IMG/VR virus record: IMGVR_UViG_3300008255_000463 | Span: 1-24,245 of that record | From: a virus | Taxonomy: Duplodnaviria; Caudoviricetes | DNA length: 24,245 nucleotides | Strand: one strand, 5' to 3' | Part shown: positions 7,674 to 18,200 of the stretch, piece after piece | How the letters are laid out: every line of letters starts with the position of its first letter | Position numbering within the stretch: position 1 is the first letter of the stretch | Made by a program: the position numbers and the translations under genes | The notes under the pieces: model-generated | The model's input: the letters and a program-made list of their open reading frames with translations, nothing else | Told to the model about the DNA's origin: nothing | Database searches by the model: none

Positions 7674-8339
7674 ATGACCGCTCTCGTCGACATCTACAAT
7701 CGGGCACTCAGCGCCTGTGGCATCGAGAGCGGCGTTTCTGATCCCAATGAAAACAGCCGGGAGGCGGCCACGTGTCGCCTCTGGTATCCGTTCGTTCGAG
7801 ACAATGTTCTCGCATCCGCCCCCTGGCCCTCCGTGCGCACTTACGCCCGCCTAGCCCGTGTGGCAACAAGAGACGAAAATGCAATTTGGGTAAACGGCGA
7901 TCCAAATCCCCGCTACCTCTACGCATACGCTCCTCCTTCCGATCTTCTTCACCCCTACCATCTCCAGTCCTACGCTCCCTTCTCCTTTGATCTTGTCGGC
8001 ACCACTCGTTCATTTTCGATGAATGAGGAGACACCGATACTGCACTACAATGCCCGAGTCGAAGACGTGTCTTTATGGGAAACAAAACTTGCCCACGCTG
8101 TAACCCACACCCTCGCCACCTACCTAGCAATCCCACTCACCGGACGCTCTGAACGGCTGCAGCAAAATGCACAGTTGGCCTTCGCTGCTGTTGAGGAGGC
8201 GCAGACTATGGCCGCGAACTCCTTCCAGCAGAAGGAAGAGAACATGCCGGATTGGTTCACTGCTCGCGGCTTCGAGGCCCATCAAATCTCCCGATTCTAC
8301 TACCCGATGCAGTCTCTTTCCGTGGCAGTCTCCGCATGA
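7674..8339 (+). CDS. Head-tail adaptor / tail tubular protein A (T7 gp11-like), 221 aa
   Basis: N-terminal 'VDIYNRALSACG...EAATCRLWYPFVRDNVLASAPW' and 'YAYAPPSDLL' motifs; gene position. Confidence 0.85.
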   Translation: MTALVDIYNRALSACGIESGVSDPNENSREAATCRLWYPFVRDNVLASAPWPSVRTYARLARVATRDENAIWVNGDPNPRYLYAYAPPSDLLHPYHLQSYAPFSFDLVGTTRSFSMNEETPILHYNARVEDVSLWETKLAHAVTHTLATYLAIPLTGRSERLQQNAQLAFAAVEEAQTMAANSFQQKEENMPDWFTARGFEAHQISRFYYPMQSLSVAVSA

Positions 8340-10873
8340 CATCTCCTTTCGTAACCCATGCCTTCATTGCCGGGGAATTGGACGAGCCCTTTTATGGGCG
8401 CACCGACCTGGACAAGTATGCGCTGGGTGTGGCGAGGGCCAGCAACTTCTACATCGACTTTCGTGGCGGACTGAAATCGCGCAATGCTTTTCAATTTCTC
8501 AACTACGTAGAGACCGCTCCTCGTGCTTTCGAGTTTTTCGTAGGCGAGGATGAACCCCCGATCATGGTCTGCGTCTTTCCCGGTCGCTTCCTCTTCTGGT
8601 CTGATCAGGCGTTCCTTGTCGATCCTGCGCTGGAAATCACCGCCGTTTCAGCAAACGAAATAACCATAACAGATGCCTCCACCCTTTCCGTAGGCGATCT
8701 CGTCTACGCTGGTTCCTTTCGCTACGTCTGCGAAATCACTGCAAAGACATCAAACACCATTACTCTGGAATTGCTGGACGGGCAGACACCGGACATTCCC
8801 GTCTCAATAGGCGAAGACATTCTCCCTCTCTACACTGTAGCAAACACTTACGTTGCGGATGATCTACCTTTCCTCACCGGGCACTTCCGCCTCAACCGCT
8901 TGGTGTTCTGCGGTAGGGATCTAGTCCCACAAACACTCACTTTTGCTAATGATGAATTTACACTCGCGGACGAACAACAGGCTCCGGTTCTTACTCAGCC
9001 CGCCGGTCTCGCTTTCACCACTTATTCCACAGCCGCAGGTGGAGGCGGCGGCATCACTGCAGCTACTGGCAATTCCGTAGCCATCTTCATTGTGACTGCG
9101 GTGGATAGTGAGGGGAATGAAAGTATGCCCTCGCGTCCGCTCCGCGCGGACAGTCTGTTTAATTATTCCGTGGCTGCAGGAAATGGCACTCTGTCTTGGA
9201 CTGCAGTTCCCGGAGCAGTCAGTTATCGTGTCTATCGTTCGATCTTGACCTCGAATAGTAACCTGAACATCGGGGCTGATATCGGTTACTTAGGCGAGAC
9301 TCCGACGCCCTCTTTCGTAGACAATAACCTAATCCCCAACTTCACCATCGGCCCGCCCAGTTCTTTCTACCCATTCAGCCCCGGCGCTGTCCTCACAATC
9401 GACATCACCGCTCCTGGCAGTAATTACAATCCAAACACCGCGACAATTTCCATTGCGGATGGAACCGGTTTCATCGGCTATCCGATTGTGGAGCCAGCTA
9501 CTCCAGGAGGCGTCGTAGGCTCCATTATCGGTGTGCTTATCTACTCGGGCGGAATAAATTACACTACTTCCTCTGTAGTCACTTTTGCTGGGGCAGGAAC
9601 AGGCGCAACGGGCACCATCTCAGATGTGAGTCCGGCAACCAACCTCAATCCCCGCATTTCAACCGTATTCCAACAGAGGCGTGTTTTCGCTGGATCAACC
9701 GCGCTTCCTCTCACTCTGTTCGCTTCTCAGCCGGGTAAAGAACAAAACTTTAGCAGCGGCAGTCCTCCTGTAGACTCAGACGCATACACGCTTTCTCTAG
9801 ACGCAGCAGAAACAATCCCTATCCGCCACCTTCTTCCAATGCGCAGCGGCCTGATCATCATGCACTCGCGCGGCGTCTATCGTCTCTTCGGACCCAACGA
9901 TGGGGCTGTTACTCCCAACGCATTCATCATCGAGCCGCAAGCCGAACTTGGCGTCGGCACTCCAACTCCCATCGTGGTAAACAACGACATTCTCTTCTCC
10001 TCCGCTCGCGGAACTTCCTTCCACGCCCTCGCATACACCTTCTACACCAACTCCTTCTCGCCACAGGAAATTTCTGTCCTCGCTCCTCACCTCTTCGGCA
10101 TCGGTAAGGCTCCCATCCGCATAGTGTGGGCTCAGGAACCAGACAAACTTCTCTGGGTGCTGCGCGAAGACGGCGCGCTTCTTTGCCTCACCTACATGAA
10201 AGAGCAAGAGACGTTTGCCTGGACCCAGCACCACACTGCTGGGCTGGTTAAAGAGATATGCAGATATCAGCGCCCCGATCGCGACTCCATGATGCTCTTT
10301 GTAGAGCGGGATGGTCGAGTCTTTTTGGAAGAACTTGCCCCTCGCATTACCGCACCTGTGGCTGAATACTGGGGCTCGGACGCTTCGGTCGGTTACTCGC
10401 TAGAAGAACCCGTTACAGAGATTGAAAACCTTTGGCATCTCGAGGGTCGCACCGTAGCCATCCTTGCAGATGGAGATGCGCTTGTTGAGACTCCTATCGA
10501 GGGCGGAGTGCTCACTCTCACTCAGCCTGCCTCCACCCTTCGTATCGGCCTCCCTTTCGAGTGTCTTGGGATTTCCCTCCCTCTTGCGGATCAACAGATC
10601 ACAGTCTCGGGCCGTCTCCGCCGCATCGCTGGTTCAGCTCTGCGCCTCTTTGAGACTCGAGGATTGGAAATCGGAACCTCTCTTTCCAATATGTTCGAGA
10701 TGAGAGATAAGGGCTGGGAGGACTGGGGCGATGCTACGGCGCTGCGCAGCGACAACAGCATCGTATGGCACAAAGCAAAATGGGAGCGAGATGCACAGGT
10801 TTACTTCCGTCAGCGGTATCCGCTCCCGGCCACAATTCTTGGCTATGTTACCGAGACGGAACTCGAGCGATGA
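8336..10873 (+). CDS. Tail nozzle / tail tubular protein B (T7 gp12, P22 gp10-like), 845 aa
   Basis: ATGA overlap at 8336. N-terminal 'AFIAGELDEPFYGRTDLDKY...NFYIDFRGGLKSR', then 'VFQQRRVFAG', 'EQETFAWTQH', 'LWHLEGRTVAILADG', C-terminal 'FRQRYPLPATILG'. Confidence 0.88.
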   Translation: MTSPFVTHAFIAGELDEPFYGRTDLDKYALGVARASNFYIDFRGGLKSRNAFQFLNYVETAPRAFEFFVGEDEPPIMVCVFPGRFLFWSDQAFLVDPALEITAVSANEITITDASTLSVGDLVYAGSFRYVCEITAKTSNTITLELLDGQTPDIPVSIGEDILPLYTVANTYVADDLPFLTGHFRLNRLVFCGRDLVPQTLTFANDEFTLADEQQAPVLTQPAGLAFTTYSTAAGGGGGITAATGNSVAIFIVTAVDSEGNESMPSRPLRADSLFNYSVAAGNGTLSWTAVPGAVSYRVYRSILTSNSNLNIGADIGYLGETPTPSFVDNNLIPNFTIGPPSSFYPFSPGAVLTIDITAPGSNYNPNTATISIADGTGFIGYPIVEPATPGGVVGSIIGVLIYSGGINYTTSSVVTFAGAGTGATGTISDVSPATNLNPRISTVFQQRRVFAGSTALPLTLFASQPGKEQNFSSGSPPVDSDAYTLSLDAAETIPIRHLLPMRSGLIIMHSRGVYRLFGPNDGAVTPNAFIIEPQAELGVGTPTPIVVNNDILFSSARGTSFHALAYTFYTNSFSPQEISVLAPHLFGIGKAPIRIVWAQEPDKLLWVLREDGALLCLTYMKEQETFAWTQHHTAGLVKEICRYQRPDRDSMMLFVERDGRVFLEELAPRITAPVAEYWGSDASVGYSLEEPVTEIENLWHLEGRTVAILADGDALVETPIEGGVLTLTQPASTLRIGLPFECLGISLPLADQQITVSGRLRRIAGSALRLFETRGLEIGTSLSNMFEMRDKGWEDWGDATALRSDNSIVWHKAKWERDAQVYFRQRYPLPATILGYVTETELER

Positions 10874-11268
10874 TCTACTTTATCCCTGTCGAGGCTTCGG
10901 AAGTCCCGCCCATAGGCAAGGGCGAAGACACGTTGGCAAAGAGTCTTGTGGTGTGGCGAGTCACATACATACCTTTGATTGAGTCAAATGACCATACCAA
11001 CCTCGGATACATCGGTCTCGTTCCCCTCGACTTCCTCGCTCGAGTAGGTTGGGTTTGGTTGCATCTTGAGGGCTCGCCCACCCGCGCAATGATCCGAGAT
11101 GCAAAACAGGCCTTCTTCGCCCTGACCGCAAGCATCCCGTGGACGACTTATATCTACACCGAACTAGCCCGAGCGAAGGACACTCGCTTTGCTGAGTTCA
11201 TGGGATACCGGATCACGCACACCGCAGACGGTTTCAACTTTCTAGAGAGAGACGCAAATGGGAATTGA
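10870..11268 (+). CDS. GNAT-fold, T7 gp13-like virion assembly protein, 132 aa
   Basis: ATGA overlap. Lies between the nozzle and the ejection proteins; 'GYIGLVP...VGWVWL...RFAEFMGYR' pattern. Confidence 0.65.
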   Translation: MIYFIPVEASEVPPIGKGEDTLAKSLVVWRVTYIPLIESNDHTNLGYIGLVPLDFLARVGWVWLHLEGSPTRAMIRDAKQAFFALTASIPWTTYIYTELARAKDTRFAEFMGYRITHTADGFNFLERDANGN

Positions 11269-11764
11269 TCCAGTCACCCTCATGATGATTGGGCGTGGCG
11301 TGGCCCTTGCTTCCACAGTGGTAAGCACGATTGGAACCATGCAGGCCTCCTCTTATCAAGCTGCGGTCGCCGCCCGCAACGCACAGTTGGCGGAAGAAAA
11401 CGCTCAGGCTGCGATTGAAGCCTCGCAGCAGGAACAGCAGGATTGGGGCGACGAGGCCCGCAGTCAGTTGGGCACACTCGTCGCCGGACTGAGTGCTTCT
11501 GGTGCATCCCTCCAAGGGGGAACCGTGGTGCAAAGGAAAACCGGGGCTCAGCGTCTTCTATCTCGGGACGCCCAGCGTATCAGAGAAGAGGGCGATACGA
11601 CTGCTGCAAGATACAGGCAGCAAGGCGCCGACTTCCGAGCCGAGTCTGCACAAGCAAAAAGGCGAGGTCGCTTTGCCCTCTTCAGCGGCGCTCTTGAAGC
11701 GGGCGGCACTTATCTCAGCAACTCGTCGCGCATTTCCTCGGCGCGCGCCTCTCTCATCGCTTAA
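11258..11764 (+). CDS. Internal virion (ejection) protein, T7 gp14-like, 168 aa
   Basis: Hydrophobic N-terminus 'DPVTLMMIGRGVALASTVVSTIG', Ala/Gln-rich helices, 'AGLSASGASLQGG'; position before the two large core proteins. Confidence 0.75.
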   Translation: MGIDPVTLMMIGRGVALASTVVSTIGTMQASSYQAAVAARNAQLAEENAQAAIEASQQEQQDWGDEARSQLGTLVAGLSASGASLQGGTVVQRKTGAQRLLSRDAQRIREEGDTTAARYRQQGADFRAESAQAKRRGRFALFSGALEAGGTYLSNSSRISSARASLIA

Positions 11765-11773
11765 GGATACACC

Positions 11774-14700
11774 ATGCGCATTGGATCTCGTTCAAGCACA
11801 CCAAGAACACAAGAGTATTCTCGCGCGACTGCCAGCCCCGAGGATTTTGGTGCGGGCGTGGGCGCGGCCTTGCGGGGCCTTGGCGGTGCTCTTATCGCAA
11901 GCGGCGAGACTGAAATAGACCTGCTAAACGCAGCTCGGGCGAGAGAGGAAGCCCGACGCAATACTCGACTCGATCTTGAATTTACGCGGTGGCAGGGGAA
12001 CGAGACACGACTCAACCAAGATCGTCGAGTGAATGTGCAGCCAGGTGCCGAAGGTCATACCAACTCTGTCTACGAGGCGGTGGGGGCCTCGTTTGACGAG
12101 TTTGCAACTGCAAGCGGTATGACTCCAGAAGAGCGGGAACGATACGAATTGCGTTTCGAGACTTTTCGCCAGAACACGGCCACCACTGAATATGCGTTTG
12201 AAATTGAAGAGTCCATCAACTACACTACAACAGGCATCGCCGAGACGGTGGACTCTGTGCTGAGCGAGATTGTCCAGGACCCTTCCATCTACCAAGAGCG
12301 CTGGGATTTCCTTCGCCAAACAATCGAAGACTCGGAGCTCCCTCCAACCATCCGCGAGGAAGTTCTTGCGAATGCTGAGAACGCTCTCGCTTCGCAACTC
12401 TACACTACGCTCACCGAACAGGCCCTGCAAGATCAGGCTCCCGTTGGTGTGGAAGACGGCTCAAATGTGGTTGCACCCGGCACTTCAGCTCTCGGGCGCG
12501 GCTTGCTTAACACCTACTCGGGTTCGCTTGCAAACCCAGCACTCCCAATTACTGGTGATCATCAGGGAGTTCAGCCAAACCTCATATCTACCATCCAGCA
12601 AGCCTGGGGCTACATTATGCCGCCGGGATCGCGTATTGTGGTAACTTCTGGTTTTCGTTCTATCGAGGAAAGAAACCACAACGGCAGGGCTGCTGACTTT
12701 GCTGTCTACCGGCCCGATGGCTCACGTGTTATGTGGAATGACCCAGAGGCGCTACGTGCTGCACAAGTAGGCCGAGTGCTGGGCATTGAAGGCTTCGGCG
12801 CAGGTCCTTTTTATATGAGTGGCAATACATTCCACTGGGACGTGACTGGCAGGCGCCTCTGGAACGATAGCGGCGAAGGTCAAATCAACGATCAAGGAGG
12901 TGCGGCGGATTGGGCCGAGGCTCTTGCTGAGGCTGAAGCCCTGGGCCTTGAGGGCCTATTCGGGCCGGGCGGTTTTCCTGCAGCTGCACGAGGCACTCCG
13001 GGTGATGCCCTCTTAGGCACTATTCATTCAGTTGAGTCTGGCTATGGAAACGCCAACCCCTACAACGTCATGTTCGGTGGCGACACTTTTGACTCCTACG
13101 CAGACCATCCTCGCCAAACTCGCGTCGATCCCCGCACAGGTAATCGCACTTCCGCCGCTGGACGATATCAATTCCTCGAAAGCACCTGGGACTTTGTGCG
13201 CGAGCAGATGGAAGCGGAGGGGTATGATTTCGGCAATCAGCCTTTTTCTCCAGTGAACCAAGATCGAGCCGCGCTGTGGTATGCTGAGCATCGGTATGGA
13301 CTCGAGGCTCGGCGTCTTGGTTTACCGCTCGAGTTGGCGGACCTCAACACGGCCCTGCAGTCCGGCAATCCGGAGGCTTTCGCTACTGTGCGCTGGGTTC
13401 TCTCCGGTGAGTCCGGTGGTGGCGTTGCGTGGGAGGGGCTGCAGAATATGACGAACGAGCAGTTCTATGAGACCATGCAGCGTAATATGTCGCAGGGTCC
13501 TACGGGGACTGTTGATCGGCCCGATGTTTGGTCCGACCCTCGCTTTGCCAACCTTCCATTCGAGGAGCGGATGCGGCTGGATCAAGTCGGAGCCGAGGCT
13601 GAAATTTCTAGAAGGCAGCAACTTGCCCAGGCCCGTGCGGATCAAGAAGCTGCGATTATGGCTCAAGTGCGCACTCTTGCTGCGGCTGGACAGAACGATC
13701 AAGCTGAGATGACGGGCCTAGACGCCATGAACAACGGCCTCATCTCTGACATAGGAAATATTGAGCGCATTCTTGGTTACGGAGCTCAGCGCCGAGAAGA
13801 AGAAGGCATGTCCGAGGAACAGCAAGTTCGGCGCGGTCAGGGAATTGTAGCTACTCCCGATGACATGAATGCCCTCAACGCTGAGGCTCAAGTCTCTGGT
13901 GTCTCCACCGGCATCCGCGAGATGGCACCTGAGGCTGCACAGCGTCTGCTGCAGAATGTGCAAGTGGACGGCATGGTTCCTTCTTCAATAATGGACACTC
14001 TCTTCTCCCAATTCAATTCAGGCCAGGGACAGCAGCAAACATTCGCCGCTGAGCTTCTTGCAGACCTTTTCGCCGTCAATCCTCGTGCAGCCACCGCTGG
14101 GCTGAACAATTCCCAAATTTCAGATGTAGCTCTTGCCAACGTCTTAGCCCGCACCTCGGCCACCCCTGCCGAGTTCATCGACCGCATCAACCAAATGCGA
14201 GCGCCGGAGAATGCTCAGATGCGGCAGATGCGGATGGAAGAGGCCGATACAATACTTGAGGAGCAGGGCCTTCCCAATTTCTACCGCTCCATGTATGGGC
14301 AGATGGAGCGGTGGTTCTCGGCCGAACCTCCTTCCGTGGGCCAACTTCCGCGCTTCGAAGCGGATGCCCGCACCCTCTATCGAGAGTTCTATGCCTTGAC
14401 CGGGGATGCAAACATGGCACAGCAAGCGACTGCTGATGTCCTGCGTCATTCCTACACACCTTCTCCAATGGACAATACCATTATGGAGTTCTCTCCCACC
14501 GCCCCAATGATGAATGTGCCTGCTGTGGGTGGCACTCATGCGTGGATACCTGAGTATGTGGAGGATTTCGCACGGGGCGAAATTGACATGGCGATTGATC
14601 GAGAAGTGGCTGCGGCTGTTGCTTCGGGGATGAGTGAGGAGGAGGCGCGTCCACTCATCGAGCAGGACTATGGTAGCCGTTTCGATGTGGCAGATATGCG

Positions 14701-15277
14701 TATTCTTTCCGACACTCAAACTCTCACAGATTTGCAAAACACCGGCATTCCTTCCTACGCCATTGTCTACACGGACCAGTTTGGAATGGTTCGGCAGCTG
14801 CGTGACGGAGACAACAACATCATGCGCATCCCCATGAGCCCGCCAGAACAGGTTGTGCAGGCTGCTCGCGACGCGGCCATGTTCACTCACGCGCAAGAGT
14901 TGGCTAATAGAGCTCGGCTCGGTCCGTTTAGGCAGGTCGGGCAACTGGTGATTGCTGGGGCCCAGGCCCCATTCATGCCCGTCGATGCAATGCGGCGAGG
15001 TTCAGAAGCGATTGGCGCGGCCGCAATAGCGGCTACAAACTACGCCAGCAATCTTGCAGAAGCTGAAGCCGTCTCCGACCAGCGCGTGTATGAAGGTCTG
15101 ATTGAGCGTCCCGATATAGATTTGATTGGGATGCGAAACTCCATCATACGCCGCGCACAGAACCCTGATCCAATGGGCGAGCAGACTCCGGCGCAGATGA
15201 TGCAAGAGCCCACTCCGGTAGAACAGCGCATCATCGCAGCCATCAATCGTATTTTGAATGAGAGGGCAAATCAGTGA
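11774..15277 (+). CDS. Internal virion (ejection) protein with M15-like peptidase and lambda-R-like lysozyme domains, 1167 aa
   Basis: SD AAGGA upstream. 'IVVTSGFRS...NHNGRAADF...FHWD' matches the peptidase M15/LAS pattern. 'LLGTIHSVESG...YNVMFGG...DHP...SAAGRYQFLESTW...FSPVNQDRAA' matches lambda-type lysozyme/transglycosylase. Confidence 0.85.
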   Translation: MRIGSRSSTPRTQEYSRATASPEDFGAGVGAALRGLGGALIASGETEIDLLNAARAREEARRNTRLDLEFTRWQGNETRLNQDRRVNVQPGAEGHTNSVYEAVGASFDEFATASGMTPEERERYELRFETFRQNTATTEYAFEIEESINYTTTGIAETVDSVLSEIVQDPSIYQERWDFLRQTIEDSELPPTIREEVLANAENALASQLYTTLTEQALQDQAPVGVEDGSNVVAPGTSALGRGLLNTYSGSLANPALPITGDHQGVQPNLISTIQQAWGYIMPPGSRIVVTSGFRSIEERNHNGRAADFAVYRPDGSRVMWNDPEALRAAQVGRVLGIEGFGAGPFYMSGNTFHWDVTGRRLWNDSGEGQINDQGGAADWAEALAEAEALGLEGLFGPGGFPAAARGTPGDALLGTIHSVESGYGNANPYNVMFGGDTFDSYADHPRQTRVDPRTGNRTSAAGRYQFLESTWDFVREQMEAEGYDFGNQPFSPVNQDRAALWYAEHRYGLEARRLGLPLELADLNTALQSGNPEAFATVRWVLSGESGGGVAWEGLQNMTNEQFYETMQRNMSQGPTGTVDRPDVWSDPRFANLPFEERMRLDQVGAEAEISRRQQLAQARADQEAAIMAQVRTLAAAGQNDQAEMTGLDAMNNGLISDIGNIERILGYGAQRREEEGMSEEQQVRRGQGIVATPDDMNALNAEAQVSGVSTGIREMAPEAAQRLLQNVQVDGMVPSSIMDTLFSQFNSGQGQQQTFAAELLADLFAVNPRAATAGLNNSQISDVALANVLARTSATPAEFIDRINQMRAPENAQMRQMRMEEADTILEEQGLPNFYRSMYGQMERWFSAEPPSVGQLPRFEADARTLYREFYALTGDANMAQQATADVLRHSYTPSPMDNTIMEFSPTAPMMNVPAVGGTHAWIPEYVEDFARGEIDMAIDREVAAAVASGMSEEEARPLIEQDYGSRFDVADMRILSDTQTLTDLQNTGIPSYAIVYTDQFGMVRQLRDGDNNIMRIPMSPPEQVVQAARDAAMFTHAQELANRARLGPFRQVGQLVIAGAQAPFMPVDAMRRGSEAIGAAAIAATNYASNLAEAEAVSDQRVYEGLIERPDIDLIGMRNSIIRRAQNPDPMGEQTPAQMMQEPTPVEQRIIAAINRILNERANQ

Positions 15278-18200
15278 ACGAACGCCTCCGCACAGCCCCG
15301 TATCAAATACGGCCGCCCGTTCCTGAACCCTCGGGCGTAGTAGAGACAATCGGCGCAGCCTTCCGTCTCGAGAACGATGTTATCAATGCGGTGTCGTATG
15401 CTCGTCGTGGGGTGTATGAGGCGGACTACTCCTTTGACATTGCACCTCTTGCCGCGCAGTCTCCTTTGTGGGCCGACTATGCAGACCGTCTTGCGCGTGC
15501 GCAAAGTGAAACGGAGTTTCGTTCCATAGAGGCGCGCCTTATGCAGGAGACACAGGATCGACAAATCCTCGCAGGTGCGGGCTGGGGCGGCATAGTTGCT
15601 GGGCTAGGCGCTGGCCTCCTTTCCCCTACCATGTTCATCCCTATGGTAGGCGGGGCTCGTGGTGTGAGAGGCGTAGCCCAGGCCGTGACATTGGCTGCGG
15701 GAGCAGCCACCGCAGCTGAATTGCCGATGATTGCTAACCAACTGACGCGCACCGGAGCAGAGAGTGCTATCAACATTGCGGCAGGCACTGTGCTGGGCGG
15801 ATTGCTTGGAGGCACCGCCGTTTGGCTGCGCTCGGCGGATCGAGCTCGATTGGCTCGCGACCTTGAGCCCGACGCTCCGCAAGACGTTCGTGCGGTAATA
15901 GTCCGTAATGGGGATGGATCGGTAAGCCGAGTGGGGGAAAATGTTCCTTTGCGCTTGCCTGCAGGCACAGTGCGCAGTCCGCAGGCGGCAGCTCAGATGC
16001 AGCAACTGCAGCGTGGTTTTGCCGAAGTCAACCAAACAATCGCTGCGGGCGATCTTCCTGCGCTTCGTGCTCTTGTTGACTCGCCCAATGCTCAGCCCCT
16101 CGCTCGGGAATTGGCTCAAGAAATTCTCAACAGGGCTTCGCCCGCGAGAGTGGCGAGTATGGCGGCGGAGGCGGAGGGCATCCCTCCAGAAGTTATCACC
16201 GCCTTCGCAGAGGCCTCCCGCATTCCCGGCCCAGAAGGCCAGGCTGTTATGGGGCAGGTGGCTGAACGGGTAGGGCCGGAACAATTCGCTCGACTGCAGC
16301 AAATGCAGGGCGAAGCACAAGGGCCTGTGCGGAGTGCACAAGAGGTGGCGGATGAAATTCGAGCAGAGCGAGAAGCGCCGCTTTTCACAACGAGGGAAGA
16401 AGCGGATGGACCTCGCGTAGAGGACTCGACTACCGGGGCGAAACGCCGAGAGGATCAATTTACTCCAATGCTGCGGCAAGTTGATCCGGTCACAGGTGAG
16501 TCCACCTACATTCCCCTAATTGATCCAGATGATGTAGTCGATCCCGGAGGCCTCGCTAACTCAAATGCTGTGTTGCGGACGCTGGGTCGCACCAGCCCCA
16601 TCATAGCTATGATCGAGCAGCAGGGGCTTGCACTTAAGTCAAACTACCTTCGCCGTGTTGCGTTGCAGCTTTCCGATAGCGGCCTGTCGATGGAAGGCTC
16701 TCGCTTTGGTATTGCCCCGGCCCCCGGAGGCACTGTCGAGGCTCGCGTCGGAATGTATGAAGCATACCTGGGAAATGCTCTTAAATTCCAATACGAGGCC
16801 TATCATCGCTACTTGGGTCGAGCCGATTCCTTCGCAGACAACATGATGACGAGAGCGCAGGTGCTTGCAAATCGCACTCCCACTGGGCGTCTTTCTTTCT
16901 CCGAGTTCAAAGAGCAAGTTGCAGATGCGATGAACACTGGTGATCGCTCTGCAATTAAAGAAGTGTCTGAGGTGGCCGCGAATTGGCGCACTGAGTTCTT
17001 CGGTAAGTTCAACGAGGCCATGCTGGATGCGACTGAAGGCCGAGGCATGAAGGCCCTTTATTCCATCTCCGATGATCCTGATGAAAGCTACTTCACTCAC
17101 GTCTTCAGCCTGGATAAAATCTCTGCCGACCGTGAAGGCTTCATTCAGATGGTGGCCGATCATTATCAATCGGCTGCAAACGCAGTTGCTTCTCGCCGCT
17201 GGCAGAAGTTGCAGCAGAACGTTGCGAATGATGAAGAGGCGGCTGAGTTGCTTGCTCTAGATGCGGACGGCGCTCGGCTGGAATTGGACACGGTAAATGA
17301 TGCGCTGGAGCAACTGCGTCAATCGAGAAACCCGGACCCGATTGTGGAGCAGATCAGTAGGCTGTATGAACAGCGCCGATTGCTGCGGGATGAAGAGTTT
17401 GATAAACAGCTTGCTAATATCGAAGCGCGATTGCCTGATGGAAAGTCGGTAGGGCCCGAGGATACAGCCGCCGCCAAGCGCCTTGCATCACAGAGTATTC
17501 GCGAGCAATACCAAGAGTTGACCGACGAAATCCGCAAGGCAGAGGCTTCGCTCACTCCCGAGACCCTGGCTTCGCGTGATGCAGAGCGTCGTCTTCGTGC
17601 GCGCAAGCGAAACATAGAGCGCTCTTTTGGACGGCTGGAAGCCCGGCAGCAGGAACTTGCGGATCGCATCGCGGCGAATGATGAGCGAAACTTGGCCGCG
17701 CTGGAACGGTTCGAGACCCGTGTTCGCACTCTCGACGCGCAACTCGGGCGCATTGATGACGCAAAGCTGGACAAAGAACTAGCAAGACTTGAGGCTCAAT
17801 TCGATAAACTCTTGAAGCAGATGGAGGATGGAGACGCCCGCATCCAAAAACTGCAAGAGCGCTTTGGCCCTATTGGTTCGGAGAATGAGCCGACTGAACG
17901 ACTCTCAATTGAGAATGCAAGACAGGCTATGCGGGCGCAGCGAGCCGACAACGCCCTTACTCGGTTCGGTGAAGCGGCTGACTATGATCGGGAGGGGGCG
18001 CGGCAGGCCTTGCGGGATCGCCTTACTGCTTCACGAGAGTATGTCAATCGAGTTAACTCCCGCCGTGCAGCTACGAATGAGCGGATGCGACAGCGGCTGG
18101 AAAACCTGGACCCTCAGCTTGCGGCTCGCAGGGCTGAAGAGTTGCGCACTCGAGCCGAAGGTAGGGATGATGATTTCCGAGACTGGCTAGCAAAAGCGGG

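Noticed and set aside
8252-8335. Upstream extensions in the ORF track for the nozzle, gp13-like (10765), second holin (23133) and Rz1 (23541) genes
   Set aside because: They overlap upstream genes extensively; coupled ATGA starts or SD-supported starts lie downstream.
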